Below are positions 54,729-64,000 of a stretch of DNA of 64,000 nt, piece by piece (positions within the stretch are counted from its first letter, which is position 1; each line of letters begins with the position of its first letter). The position numbers were made by a program, and so were the translations under genes. The notes beneath the pieces are model-generated. The model worked only from the letters and a program-made list of their open reading frames with translations. It was not told where the DNA came from and did no database searches. This DNA is from an uncultured Phycisphaeraceae bacterium (lineage in GTDB: Bacteria; Planctomycetota; Phycisphaerae; Phycisphaerales; UBA1924), in contig CAYOGE010000012.1 in NCBI GenBank assembly GCA_964403525.1, positions 15,808-79,807 on the forward strand, written 5' to 3'.

Positions 54729-55790
54729 ATGGCCAGCGAAATTAGTCGGCGTTCGTTTGTCACTGCGGCGGTAGCCGGTGCCGCATCGCGATCGCTGTTC
54801 GCCCGCACCGCCGATAAGTCGGGACTGAGCAATCCAATCCTTGGCGAAGGCGAGCACAGGTACGAGTGCATCCACGACTGGCTGAAGCCGCCGGAGGGGC
54901 TGCTCTTCGGCGATACGCACGGACTGGCGCAGGACGCTGCGGGGCGGATCTACCTGGCGCAGACGGTTCACCCGACGAGCACGAAGGGGGAGGCGGTGTG
55001 CGTGTACGGGGAGGATGGGAAGTTCATCGCTGCCTGGGGGGATCGGTATCGCAAAGGTGCGCACGGGCTGGATGTGCGGAGCGAGCCTGGCGCGAAGGCG
55101 GGGGACAGTGCGGCGGAGTTCCTCTATCACTGTGACACGAACCGGCGCGTGGTAGAGAAGACGGACCTTGACGGCAAAGTGGTGTGGGTCCGCGAGTATC
55201 CGGTTGAGGCGAGTGTCTATCCGGCGAAGGAGAAGTACTGCCCGACGAACGTGGCGTTCCTCCCAGACGAGGATGGGAAGGCGGGCGACATCCTGGTGGG
55301 GGATGGGTACGGCTCGTCGTACATCCACCGCTTCACCGCGGATGGTGAGTTTGTGAAGACGATCGTCCAGCCCGGCAAGGATGCGGGGAAGGTGAACTGC
55401 CCCCACGGGTTGTGGATTGACGCGCGGAGCGGCAAGGCGCGCCTCGCCGTGGCGGACCGGGGGAACAACCGCATCCAGTACTTCACGCTCGACGGCGTCC
55501 ACGAGGGGTTCGTAACGGCGGGCATGCGGCAGCCGTGCCACTTCAAGACGCGCGGCGATCTGCTGCTGGTGCCGGACCTCTCGAGCGTGGTCACGCTGCT
55601 GGACAAGGACAACAAGGTGGTGGTGCACCTGGGCGATGGGCACCCGACGAATCTGCGCGACAGGCCACGGGACCGGTTCGTCTCCGGCAAGTTCATCCAC
55701 CCGCACACGGCGATCTTCCTGAAGAACGGCGATATTCTGGTTGCGGAGTGGGTGCCGATCGGAAGGGTGACGCTGCTGCGGAAGGTCTAA
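54729..55790 (+). CDS. Tat-exported NHL-repeat six-bladed beta-propeller protein
   Basis: Tat signal SRRSFVTAAVAGAAS. NHL-type repeats (LAVADRGNNRIQYFTLDG, ILVGDGYGSSYIHRF). ATG at 54729 after GAGGTG. Confidence 0.75.
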   Translation: MASEISRRSFVTAAVAGAASRSLFARTADKSGLSNPILGEGEHRYECIHDWLKPPEGLLFGDTHGLAQDAAGRIYLAQTVHPTSTKGEAVCVYGEDGKFIAAWGDRYRKGAHGLDVRSEPGAKAGDSAAEFLYHCDTNRRVVEKTDLDGKVVWVREYPVEASVYPAKEKYCPTNVAFLPDEDGKAGDILVGDGYGSSYIHRFTADGEFVKTIVQPGKDAGKVNCPHGLWIDARSGKARLAVADRGNNRIQYFTLDGVHEGFVTAGMRQPCHFKTRGDLLLVPDLSSVVTLLDKDNKVVVHLGDGHPTNLRDRPRDRFVSGKFIHPHTAIFLKNGDILVAEWVPIGRVTLLRKV

Positions 55791-55934
55791 GCCCGAGCGA
55801 GGGCCGTCGGGCCGATGTGCGGTGACCGTTGCACCTGGGCGACGATGGGGCTCCATGCACCGAGAGCACCGTGACCGGTGGCAAAATCGGCCTTGCGCTT
55901 TGACCCGGCCCGAAACTGCGTCCGGGGACGACCG

Positions 55935-56660
55935 ATGGTCGAAAACACCCCCATGCAGGCTTCTACCGCTGACCCACAGGCAGCCCCCGCAGGGCCGGTT
56001 GCGCATGCCCACCCACCCCGCGAGCGGCGTTCGCTTTCGAAGATCATCCTGTTTGCAATCCTGTCGGTATTCGCGGTGATGGGGCTGGTGGGCCTGGTGG
56101 TGATCGCTTTCTCCGCCGGGACCCTGCTGCGGCGGACGCCGGTCTCGACCTTCAGCGCCGGCGTGGCGACGATCGATCAGGTGCGGTCGTTGAAGCTGCT
56201 GACGGTGCTGAGCTTCGAGGTGACCAGCGACATGGAGGCGGAGCACGCGGAGCGTAAGGGCCTGTGGCTTGCACGCGGATCGGCCGATTACGTCGTCGAC
56301 TTCTCAAAGGCCCAGGTGATCGACAAGGACGAGGCGCGCCGCGTCATCAGCATGCGCCTCCCGCGCCCGGTCGTACGGAACGCACGGCTCGACCCGGTGC
56401 GGACGAAGATGCTGACGTACGAGAAGACGGGGATGGGGTGGTGGACGTTCGGGGCGAGCGGCAGCCGCGACGAGTTTGAGCGTCAGAGCAAGATCATGCT
56501 GCAGCGTCGAATTGAGTTGGCCGCGAACGAGGCGGCGCTGCTGGACTCGGCGAAGGGTTCGGCGGTGCAGTTGATGGGGAGCCTCTACGCGCCGCTGAAC
56601 TGGACGGTGAAGGTGGAGTGGGACGACGGCGCTGCGCCGAGCGGCAGGGCGGGCAATTAG
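55935..56660 (+). CDS. DUF4230-like membrane-anchored protein
   Basis: N-terminal TM (IILFAILSVFAVMGLVGLVVIAF) followed by a beta-rich domain with DUF4230-like layout. The start is ambiguous (55878, 55935 or 55953). Confidence 0.5.
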   Translation: MVENTPMQASTADPQAAPAGPVAHAHPPRERRSLSKIILFAILSVFAVMGLVGLVVIAFSAGTLLRRTPVSTFSAGVATIDQVRSLKLLTVLSFEVTSDMEAEHAERKGLWLARGSADYVVDFSKAQVIDKDEARRVISMRLPRPVVRNARLDPVRTKMLTYEKTGMGWWTFGASGSRDEFERQSKIMLQRRIELAANEAALLDSAKGSAVQLMGSLYAPLNWTVKVEWDDGAAPSGRAGN

Positions 56661-56929
56661 CGTCAGACCAAACGCCTGGCCGGGCGCAGGCGCCCGCATC
56701 GGCCGCCGCAAAGCCAAAGGAGGTCACGTGTGGATTGATGGGCGGACTTCGTCGGCTTCGCTCGCAAAGGCACGGTCTCGCAGCGGAGCTGGGCGAAGGG
56801 CTCGCACGCGGTTGCAAAAAAACCAGGAATCGCATGAACTTCAGGTAGAACGCCTCCGTACGTCGTTGGACAAGTCGCGCCCGCTCTGAGCGCGCTGCAC
56901 GCTTCTCTCTTTCACCGGAACCAATCGAT

Positions 56930-57688
56930 ATGACCACTGCGAATCCCCTGGGCCGCGGCGCTATCGCTGCGCTCGACCGGCTCCTCCGTGGGCAACTGAC
57001 AAGCGCAGCTCAGGTCCGCACGGGCGACACGCTGCCTCTGAAGGTGTTTGTCCCGTGGGCGGTTGCGCTCGGCGCTTCGTATGGGTTTTTCATGGGGTGG
57101 TACGCGCTCACCGGCGGAAGGGACGATGCTCTGCGGCACGTGGTGGCGGTGATGGTGAAGCTGCCGCTGCTGTTCCTGGGGACGCTGCTGGTGACCTTCC
57201 CGTCGCTGTACGTCTTTAACGCGATGCTCGGCTCGCGCCTGGGCTTTCGTGCCACGCTGCGCCTGCTGGTGGCCACCATCGTTGTGAACCTGGCGATCGC
57301 CGCCTCGCTGGGGCCGATCCTCGGCTTCTTCACGCTCAGTACGTCCAGCTACGGGTTCATGGTGCTGCTGAACGTTGCACTGCTCGGCGTCGCCGGCCTG
57401 GTCAGCATCGGGTTCTTGATCAAGACGCTGGCTGCGCTGCAGTTTCACACGCCATACTCGGGCGACGTCCCGCCGGTGGTGCCGGGCACTGATGAACGGC
57501 CGCGGCGCGAAGGAGCGGGGTTGTGGCTGTTTGTGGTGTGGATCTTTACCTACGGCATCGTGGGGGCGCAGATGGGCTGGATCCTGCGTCCGTTCATCGG
57601 GGCACCGGGCGTGCCGTTTGAGCTGTTCAGGCCGCGCGACGGCAGCTTCCTGCAGGGTGTGTACAACGCGGTCCAGCACATGCTCTGA
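56930..57688 (+). CDS. Polytopic membrane protein, unknown family (paralogue 1)
   Basis: About 6 hydrophobic segments. The C-terminal motif GAQMGWILRPFIGAPGVPFELFR is shared with the next gene. Confidence 0.6.
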   Translation: MTTANPLGRGAIAALDRLLRGQLTSAAQVRTGDTLPLKVFVPWAVALGASYGFFMGWYALTGGRDDALRHVVAVMVKLPLLFLGTLLVTFPSLYVFNAMLGSRLGFRATLRLLVATIVVNLAIAASLGPILGFFTLSTSSYGFMVLLNVALLGVAGLVSIGFLIKTLAALQFHTPYSGDVPPVVPGTDERPRREGAGLWLFVVWIFTYGIVGAQMGWILRPFIGAPGVPFELFRPRDGSFLQGVYNAVQHML

Positions 57689-57691
57689 GCC

Positions 57692-58360
57692 ATGAGCACT
57701 TCGATCTCCATCTCGCGCACGCCCAACCTGCTTCAGGCGGTTGCACGCCCGCTGCCGGAGCGTCGCCCCTCGCTGAAGGAACTGCTCGTGTGCGTGGTGC
57801 TGCTGACCCCGGTCTTCGGGCTGGCGATGGGGAGCTTCGACGTGACGGGCGACCGCTGGCTTTACGCGGTGTTCGCGGCGGTGAAGATGCCGCTGATGAT
57901 CGCGGTGACGTGGGGTGTGTGCCTCCCCGGGTTCTTTGCGCTGTGCAGCGTGCTGGGCCTCCGCGAGGACCTGCGCGAGTGCCTGCGGGCGATCGCGTGC
58001 GGCCAGGCGGCCGTCGCGTTTGTGCTGGCTTCGCTGGCGACGGTGCTGGTCTTTGCCTACTTGAGCGGCGTCAGCCACCGCTGGGCGCTGCTGCTGAGCG
58101 GGGCGATGTTTGCGCTGGCAACGCTGGTGGGGCAGGTGGTGATGTGGCGGCGCTGGCGCGGGCTCGTGCAGCGGGCGCGGCGTCACCGGCTGCTGCTTGC
58201 CTACTGGCTGGTCGCCTACGTGTTTGTGGGAGTGCAGACTGGGTGGATGCTGCGGCCGTTTGTCGGGTCGCCCGGGGTTGAGCCGAGCTTCCTGCGGAAG
58301 GAACCACTCTCCAACGCTTACGTCGTGGTCGGGGAGCTCATCACGGGCACCAGACGCTGA
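57692..58360 (+). CDS. Polytopic membrane protein, unknown family (paralogue 2)
   Basis: Starts 4 nt after the previous stop. Same architecture, with C-terminal GVQTGWMLRPFVGSPGVEPSFLR. Confidence 0.6.
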   Translation: MSTSISISRTPNLLQAVARPLPERRPSLKELLVCVVLLTPVFGLAMGSFDVTGDRWLYAVFAAVKMPLMIAVTWGVCLPGFFALCSVLGLREDLRECLRAIACGQAAVAFVLASLATVLVFAYLSGVSHRWALLLSGAMFALATLVGQVVMWRRWRGLVQRARRHRLLLAYWLVAYVFVGVQTGWMLRPFVGSPGVEPSFLRKEPLSNAYVVVGELITGTRR

Positions 58361-58932
58361 GTGTTCGCCCGCCGGCTGCGCCAGCGGCGGAACAGAAGGA
58401 ACGCCGTTACGGCGACGCCCACAACCAGCACCGCCGCGACGACCGGCACCACGACCGCCATGACACTGAGCACGATCGCTGACCCGCTCTCGATGGTCGC
58501 AAAGATCGGGTTGCCGAGCCCGCCGGTCAGCATGGTCGATGCGCCGCGGCCGATGACCGTGGTGGCCTGCACCGCGCCCGCGGCGCCGCCGCCGACGATC
58601 GCCGCGAGGCCCCACTTCAAGAGGTCGCCGTTTGAGCCCGTGAAGCTGAACTGGCTGCCGGCGACGAGTGTGCCCGCAATGACTGCCGCCGGTGAAGCGA
58701 TGGTGTCAAGAGCGTGGTCAAACCAGGGGATCTTGTACGCGAGGATCTCGGCGACCGTCGCGACTGAGAAGCAGATCAGCGCGGGTGTGCTGGCGAGGAA
58801 CGCGAGGGAGGGGTCCAGGTGCACGGCGTTGGCACGCGCGGCGATGCAGAGCACCAGCATCGGCACGAACACACGGAATCCGCAAGCGGCCGCGAGGCTG
58901 ATGCCGATCAACACAGATAGGACGATGTCCAT
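58318..58932 (-). CDS. DUF4126-family membrane protein
   Basis: MDIVLSVLIGISLAAACGFRVFVPMLVL...VATVAEILAYKIPWFDHALDTI matches the DUF4126 pattern. Convergent 43-nt overlap with the previous gene. Confidence 0.7.
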   Translation of the reverse strand: MDIVLSVLIGISLAAACGFRVFVPMLVLCIAARANAVHLDPSLAFLASTPALICFSVATVAEILAYKIPWFDHALDTIASPAAVIAGTLVAGSQFSFTGSNGDLLKWGLAAIVGGGAAGAVQATTVIGRGASTMLTGGLGNPIFATIESGSAIVLSVMAVVVPVVAAVLVVGVAVTAFLLFRRWRSRRANTQRLVPVMSSPTTT

Positions 58933-59052
58933 GGTGCTTCCTCCGCTGAATCAATGTTAGGTACGCACAACTCCGGGGTACGGATTCGCGGTTTGGAAGG
59001 TGTGCGGTTGCCCGCAACGAAGGCCCACACGTGGTTCTCGGTACGCCACCTG

Positions 59053-60474
59053 TCAGTTGAGCGCAAGCGTGGTTTCGCGGGGGGCCGGCGGGATACGCAC
59101 GTGCAGGCGAACGTCTGAATCGACGAGCCTCGTGACATCGCAGGGGCGATCGGTCACCAGGTGCATGACCGGTTTTGCGTCCGTGCGGAGGGCGGGGCAG
59201 ACCATCGCCAGCAGTTCACGGTTGCTCCACAACCAAGCCGAGACGGCAAGCAGTTGCTGCAGGGACTCGCCGGAGCGGCCGGCCTCCGCCGCTGCGACGA
59301 CCTGCGGGACACCCGCGTCATCGATCGCCAGGAGGGGGGCACGCTCGAACGGGCAGTAGATGGCCAGTGGTATGAGGCCGGTGGGGGCCACACCGCGCTG
59401 CGCCGTCGCGATTGCGGGCGGATGCACCTGCGGCGACGCGACAGGGAGAGGCGAATCGGCTGCGGTCATGCTGGGTTCAGCGACGGTGTCGGCGGTGTGC
59501 GCGGAGGGGCGCGCTGGGGGGGGCACGGAGGCGCCGGCAGAAGGAACGGTGAACTGTTGCGCCGGAGAGGGGGCGACGGTCACCGCGCTCGCGACGCGAA
59601 CCGGCTCGATCGCGGGTTCATAGGAGCACGGCGCGGCGGGGCGAGACAGGGCTTCAATGACCGCTTGCGTCGTCATTGCGCTCGGGCCATCGAACAAAAG
59701 CGTGCCCGGCACACCGCCGACGATCTGGCGGCAGTGACCGGCGAGCTGGATCGGCACCGAGAGGAACGAGTTCGCGGCATCGGCGAGCCGATGGAAAGCC
59801 GCGTCCGCCCTGGGCTCGTCGCTGCCCATCACCGCGACGCGGATCACCTGCGGAGATTGAGCGGTCCGCCCGTCGACCGTTGCAAGGCGTTTGATCGCCT
59901 TGTACGCGCCGACCGCGCTCGCGTCGTCGGCCCCGGTCAGCACGGCCATCGCGTTGACGGCCGCTGAACGGGCAAAGAGCAGTTCGTCGGCGGTGAACGA
60001 TGAGTAGATGACAATGCGAGACGCTGTCTGCGCCGCCCGGCTGATCGCACCCGCCAAGTCAGGGCACGTCCGCCCTGACGCTGACTGGTCGTGCGAGGCG
60101 TGATCGCCGGATCGTTCGGTCAGTCGTGTGCGTTGACCGATGGGCGGGTGGAACACTTCGACGCGTGCCGTGCCCGCGTCCAGCCGTACCAGCGCAACGG
60201 GCGCATCGTCGCGTGCTGCGCACAGGCGAGGGTACTGGCTGGCCCACAACGACGCCATCATCGGGAGGTGCCCGAGCACCAGACCCTCGACCAGGAGCGG
60301 CTTGCGTGCTTCAGCGGGCGCAGCGGCGGCTGAAGCCTGGCGAGTAGCGGCCTGGATCGTTCCCTGTGACGCGGGTGGCGGCGATGACTCGGAGACGGCG
60401 CCGCTGCTCCCGCCGCCGAGGAAGAGGTCGGCGAGGTCGTCAAACGCGCTGGAGAATGAACTGTCTGCGATCAT
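59053..60474 (-). CDS. Hypothetical protein, apparently a degenerate (Walker-A-less) ParA/MinD-like paralogue
   Basis: Aligned by eye to the upstream ParA: LLVEGLVLGHLPMMASLWASQY against IIAIVNQKGGCGKTTTAINLA, VALVRLD against LLVDLD, RIVIYSSFT against LCLIDCPP. The acidic N-terminus and P/A-rich linker differ. Confidence 0.5.
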   Translation of the reverse strand: MIADSSFSSAFDDLADLFLGGGSSGAVSESSPPPASQGTIQAATRQASAAAAPAEARKPLLVEGLVLGHLPMMASLWASQYPRLCAARDDAPVALVRLDAGTARVEVFHPPIGQRTRLTERSGDHASHDQSASGRTCPDLAGAISRAAQTASRIVIYSSFTADELLFARSAAVNAMAVLTGADDASAVGAYKAIKRLATVDGRTAQSPQVIRVAVMGSDEPRADAAFHRLADAANSFLSVPIQLAGHCRQIVGGVPGTLLFDGPSAMTTQAVIEALSRPAAPCSYEPAIEPVRVASAVTVAPSPAQQFTVPSAGASVPPPARPSAHTADTVAEPSMTAADSPLPVASPQVHPPAIATAQRGVAPTGLIPLAIYCPFERAPLLAIDDAGVPQVVAAAEAGRSGESLQQLLAVSAWLWSNRELLAMVCPALRTDAKPVMHLVTDRPCDVTRLVDSDVRLHVRIPPAPRETTLALN

Positions 60475-60517
60475 CGTGCTCCGCCGACGGTCGAGGGGTG
60501 GCGATCCGGCGAAAGGC

Positions 60518-62008
60518 TCAGAGTCGGTTGCCGGAGGTCGCGGGGATATCGAGGATGCTGTTGAGCCCGCCGAAGGGGTTGTTCTGCGAGTTCGGGTTCA
60601 TCGCGTCGTGCGTCCAGTGTCCGTCGATGACCAGGCGGTATTGCCAGCGGCCGGGCGGGATCTGAACCAGACGCTCGTAGACACCCAGCCGCTCGTTTCG
60701 CGTCATCGGCAAGGACATCGGCGACCAGCCGTTGAAGTCGCCGGCGATCGAGACCTGCTTGCCGAGCGAGAGCGGCTGAACAAACAGCACGCCGGACGAG
60801 GTGATCTTGACGCCGAGCAGCCCGGACACCGCGGGCTCGGCCGATGCGCGGGACGGCTCGGCGCTTGTCGGGATGAGCGTGAGCGGCGTGATCTGCTGCA
60901 CCGGGTTCTCCGTGCGGGCTTTCTCCGCAAGCCGCGAGACACGCGTGGTCAGTTCGAGCAGACGCGTGCGAACGTCCTCAGCGGTCAGCGAGGCGGCCTT
61001 GGGCTCGGCGACGCCGATCGCCGATTCGAGTGTCTCGATCATCGTCGAAGGGCCGACGCTCGGGCCGATCGGCGCGGGCGAGCGAGTAGCCGTGGGGATC
61101 ACCGACGGCGCTGCCGGCTGCACGTTCCCTCGGGCGAAGAACTCCGCGGCCGCGCGCACGGTGACGGGATTGGCCCCGTTGCCCGAGGGTGCCGACGGCT
61201 GGTGCGTGCGCGTGAGCGAGTCGAGCCGCTTGCCCTTGGCGTCGCCGATCAGGAACTGGCCGAGGGCGAGGTAGTCCTGGGCGCCCGCGGCGTCAGAGGC
61301 ATAGTCGACCACCGGCTGACCGAACGAAACCGCCTCTTTCAGGCGGTGATCGAAGCGGATCGTCACCGGCAAAACGGCATCGCCGAAGCGCCGGGTGAGC
61401 TCGTCGAGCACATCCTTGGCGAGCGTGCTGCCCGGGTCGTGCATGGTGGGGAGGACGCGGTAGAGCGGCTGAACGTTGAGCCGCTTGGAGAGGCTCTTGA
61501 TGGCGTTGATCTGCTTGGCCGCGCCCTGGAGTGCGAAGAAGGCGGTCTCCACCGGGACGATCACCTCGGTCGCGGCGGCGAGGGCGTTGTACGTCAGCAG
61601 CCCGATGTTCGGTGGGCAGTCGATGAGACAGAGGTCGTACTGATCGGCCAGACGTGAGAGCACACCGGCGAGGCGCGTCTCGGCCCCTTCAACGTTCGCC
61701 AGTCCGCCGCGGGGTGATTCCAGCGCAGCCAGGCGGACGGTGCTGGGCGCCAGGTCGAGGCAGCGGCCGACGCGCCACAGCAGACGCGTCCAGTCAATCG
61801 TCTGCTCGGGCCGGGCGAGCATGGCGTCACCGATCTGCACATCGATGCGCTGCTCGGGGATGGCCAGACCCGCTGCGCAGTGGCTCTGGGGGTCAAGGTC
61901 AACAAGCAGCGTCCGCTTGCCGAGCTTGGCGAAGACGCCGGCGAGGTTGATGGCCGTGGTGGTCTTGCCGCAGCCGCCCTTTTGGTTCACGATCGCGATG
62001 ATGCGCAC
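60518..62008 (-). CDS. ParA/MinD-family ATPase fused to a C-terminal CBM48 / AMPK-beta-like glycogen-binding module
   Basis: Deviant Walker A NQKGGCGKTT, LLVDLDPQ, Walker B LCLIDCPP. C-terminal VSIAGDFNGWSPMSLPM...GRWQYRLVIDGHWTHDAMNPN...NPFGGLNSIL. GTG at 62008 after GGGAG (TTG at 62029 is an alternative). Confidence 0.8.
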   Translation of the reverse strand: MRIIAIVNQKGGCGKTTTAINLAGVFAKLGKRTLLVDLDPQSHCAAGLAIPEQRIDVQIGDAMLARPEQTIDWTRLLWRVGRCLDLAPSTVRLAALESPRGGLANVEGAETRLAGVLSRLADQYDLCLIDCPPNIGLLTYNALAAATEVIVPVETAFFALQGAAKQINAIKSLSKRLNVQPLYRVLPTMHDPGSTLAKDVLDELTRRFGDAVLPVTIRFDHRLKEAVSFGQPVVDYASDAAGAQDYLALGQFLIGDAKGKRLDSLTRTHQPSAPSGNGANPVTVRAAAEFFARGNVQPAAPSVIPTATRSPAPIGPSVGPSTMIETLESAIGVAEPKAASLTAEDVRTRLLELTTRVSRLAEKARTENPVQQITPLTLIPTSAEPSRASAEPAVSGLLGVKITSSGVLFVQPLSLGKQVSIAGDFNGWSPMSLPMTRNERLGVYERLVQIPPGRWQYRLVIDGHWTHDAMNPNSQNNPFGGLNSILDIPATSGNRL

Positions 62009-62198
62009 GCGGTGCTCCCGTAGAAGCAAGCGCGGAGGGCCCGGAGGAACAGGGCCGGGGGGTGAGGGCTCCGCCGCTCGCTGAGGGAGGTATCGGCGTG
62101 GGCGGGAAGAACGCTTGAAATTGGACCTGCGTAGGGCGGAGAGGCTGCGAAAACAGGGTTGTTCGCAGTGCGATGGGCGGGGCGCGCGTGCGTTGGTC

Positions 62199-62615
62199 TT
62201 ATGGAGACGACTGGGCGCTCAGTTTCTTGAATAGGTCCTCGTCGCCGGCGCAGTTGAGAACTTGAAAGCGCGGTTCTTTCGGTGGGTTCAAGGCAAGGAC
62301 CGCGTTGCGGAAGGCTGCTTCGGTGGCGTCGTCGAGCACCACCGCCTGGGCGAAGATGCCCCAGCTGGGCGGTGAGAAGGCGTACATGCGGCACGGGGCG
62401 CCGATCATCAGGCCCGTGAACCGCGGGTCGGCGGCGATTGTCTTTTCCGCCTGCTCGCACCAGACTTCCGCGGCCCTGAGCTTCTTCGTTTCTGCACCGG
62501 CGATGATGCCGGTGATGAGGGCAAAGTGGATGCACGCGAGGGTGGTGAGGCCCGCGGTCCACGCGACGATCTTGGTGAGGCGGCTGGTTGGCTTGCGGGT
62601 TTTCTCGTCGCCCAT
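62199..62615 (-). CDS. Hypothetical membrane-anchored protein
   Basis: 138 aa with a single TM (IVAWTAGLTTLACIHFALITGIIAG). Same strand as, and upstream of, the ParA-like pair. Lies 4 nt downstream of hutU. Confidence 0.5.
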   Translation of the reverse strand: MGDEKTRKPTSRLTKIVAWTAGLTTLACIHFALITGIIAGAETKKLRAAEVWCEQAEKTIAADPRFTGLMIGAPCRMYAFSPPSWGIFAQAVVLDDATEAAFRNAVLALNPPKEPRFQVLNCAGDEDLFKKLSAQSSP

Positions 62616-62619
62616 GAGA

Positions 62620-64000
62620 TCACCCGCTGGTGGGGTTCATGGGGATATCTACGCCGGTCTGGGCCGCGCAGTTGCGGGCCAGGTCGTAGCCCGCGTCGGC
62701 GTGGCGGAGGACGCCCATGGCGGGGTCGTTGGTGAGGACGCGTTCGAGGCGTCGCGCCGCCTCTGGCGTGCCGTCGGCGACGATGACCTGGCCGGCGTGC
62801 TGGCTGTAGCCGATGCCGACGCCGCCGCCGTGGTGGAAGCTGACCCAGCTTGCGCCGCTGGCGATGTTCACCATCGCGTTGAGGATCGCCCAGTCGCTCA
62901 CCGCGTCGGTGCCGTCCTTCATCGCTTCGGTCTCGCGGTTGGGGCTGGCGACGCTGCCACAGTCGAGGTGGTCGCGGCCGATGACGATGGGGGCGCTCAC
63001 CTTCTTCTCGGCGACGAGGCGGTTGAACATCAGGCCAGCCTTGTCGCGCTCGCCGTAGCCGAGCCAGCAGATGCGTGCGGGGAGGCCCTGGAAGGCGAAG
63101 CGCGGGGCGCAGTTGTCGTAGTCGCCGGCGAGGAGGGCTTCGGGGTTTTTGTGGCAGCCGAGGATCCAGTTGTGGAGGCGGCGGCGGTAGTCGGCGTCGC
63201 GTAGCCCGGCGGTCCCCGCCGGGTTGGTTGAGTGTTCAGTACCAGACCCGGCGGGGACCGCCGGGCTACCCAGGAGGGGGAAGAGTTTCAGGATCTCGTG
63301 GTCGGTGCGGTAGATGTCGCGGGGGTCGCCGGAAAGGGCGACCCAGCGGAAGGGGCCGCGGCCGAGGCAGAACTGGGGGCGGATGAACGCCGGCACGAAG
63401 CCGGGGAAGTCGAACGCGTTGGGGACGCCGTTGTCCTTGGCACGCTGGCGAAGGTTGTTGCCGTAGTCAAACGTGTTCGCGCCGCGCTTCTGCAACTCGA
63501 GCATCGCACGCACGTGCCGCGCCATCGTGGCGAGGCTCTTCTTCTGGTACCCCGCCGGGTCGCTCTTCTGCTCCGCCTTGGCGGCGGCGAAGGTCATGTC
63601 CATCGGGATGTAGCCGATGAGCGGGTCGTGGGCGGAGGTCTGGTCCGTCAGCACATCCACCTTGGTGCCCCGCGCGATGAGCCGCTCCAGCAGTTCGACG
63701 ATGTTGCAGCAGACGCCGACGCTCAGCGCTTTCTTCTCGCTCGCGTACTTCACCGCGCGGTCAATCGCCGCATCCACGCCGTCAATCACTTCGTCGAGGT
63801 ACTTGTCCGCCGCGCGCCGGTCCAGGCGCGTGCGGTCAACATCCGCGATGAGGCAGGTGCCCTTCGCGAGCGTGATCGCCAGCGGCTGGGCACCCCCCAT
63901 GCCGCCGCACCCGCCGGTGACGCAAAGTCGGCCTGAGAGATCACCACCAAAGTGCATCCGCCCGCATTCGGCGAAGGTCTCGTACGTCCCCTGCAGGATG
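62620..64000 (-). CDS. hutU: Urocanate hydratase (N-terminus outside the window)
   Basis: [13 protein letters not shown] and conserved urocanase sequence throughout. The open frame continues to the window edge. Confidence 0.9.
   Translation of the reverse strand, partial: ILQGTYETFAECGRMHFGGDLSGRLCVTGGCGGMGGAQPLAITLAKGTCLIADVDRTRLDRRAADKYLDEVIDGVDAAIDRAVKYASEKKALSVGVCCNIVELLERLIARGTKVDVLTDQTSAHDPLIGYIPMDMTFAAAKAEQKSDPAGYQKKSLATMARHVRAMLELQKRGANTFDYGNNLRQRAKDNGVPNAFDFPGFVPAFIRPQFCLGRGPFRWVALSGDPRDIYRTDHEILKLFPLLGSPAVPAGSGTEHSTNPAGTAGLRDADYRRRLHNWILGCHKNPEALLAGDYDNCAPRFAFQGLPARICWLGYGERDKAGLMFNRLVAEKKVSAPIVIGRDHLDCGSVASPNRETEAMKDGTDAVSDWAILNAMVNIASGASWVSFHHGGGVGIGYSQHAGQVIVADGTPEAARRLERVLTNDPAMGVLRHADAGYDLARNCAAQTGVDIPMNPTSG

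Noticed and set aside
56727-56888. 53-aa GTG ORF after a strong AAAGGAGG in the 56661-56929 intergenic region
   Set aside because: The Shine-Dalgarno-like sequence is good, but the peptide is Arg/Ser-rich with no features and falls below any confidence threshold. It is left unannotated pending Ribo-seq or conservation evidence.
54687-58615. 519-aa (54687-56246) and 567-aa (56912-58615) minus-strand ORFs
   Set aside because: They are antisense to the NHL, DUF4230 and membrane-protein genes. Arg/His/Gln-rich low-complexity translations mark them as shadow ORFs.

Overview
High-GC (roughly 65-70%) bacterial chromosomal window. The gene content suggests a Planctomycetota (Phycisphaerae-like) organism: PEP-CTERM-like sorting tails, a GC-type dockerin-like tail on an HAF-repeat protein, Tat signals and a pseudopilin-like ORF. 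This placement is inference only. All family calls come from motif recognition by eye; no searches were run. I support about 55 CDS, one tRNA-Phe(GAA), several intrinsic terminators and several repeat families.

Core blocks:
- 1.6-11.2 kb: a complete reductive pyrimidine/beta-alanine catabolic cluster (NCS1 permease, PreT/PreA, dihydropyrimidinase, beta-ureidopropionase, aminotransferase, MmsA).
- 17.3-20.0 kb: a sahR-like regulator plus ahcY, with a perfect operator-like palindrome.
- 21.0-23.5 kb: a two-component pair whose hybrid histidine kinase carries two in-frame TAG codons.
- 33.2-45.7 kb: a LacI-linked beta-glucan-type glycoside hydrolase cluster (GH144-like, GH1, GH15-like, MsmK-like ATPase).
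- Housekeeping genes: tatA, folD, ligA, hppD, hutU.

Most interesting, none explained by standard annotation:
- 59.0-62.0 kb: a ParA/MinD ATPase fused to a CBM48 glycogen-binding-like module, followed by a degenerate ParA-like partner.
- 30.3-31.9 kb: a lower-GC single-gene cassette (469-aa orphan coiled-coil protein) bounded by a perfect 16-bp direct repeat.
- 31.87-32.05 kb: a phased array of six 15-bp palindromes next to that cassette.
- 53.8-54.7 kb: a lower-GC two-gene islet (small 2-TM protein plus PD-(D/E)xK nuclease) inserted next to hppD.
- 33668-33719: a 52-nt poly-G tract (poly-Pro, in frame, flanked by a 7-bp direct repeat) inside the GH144-like gene.
- 28.1-30.3 kb: a family of modular intergenic repeats.

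No CRISPR array, transposase, integrase or rRNA was seen.
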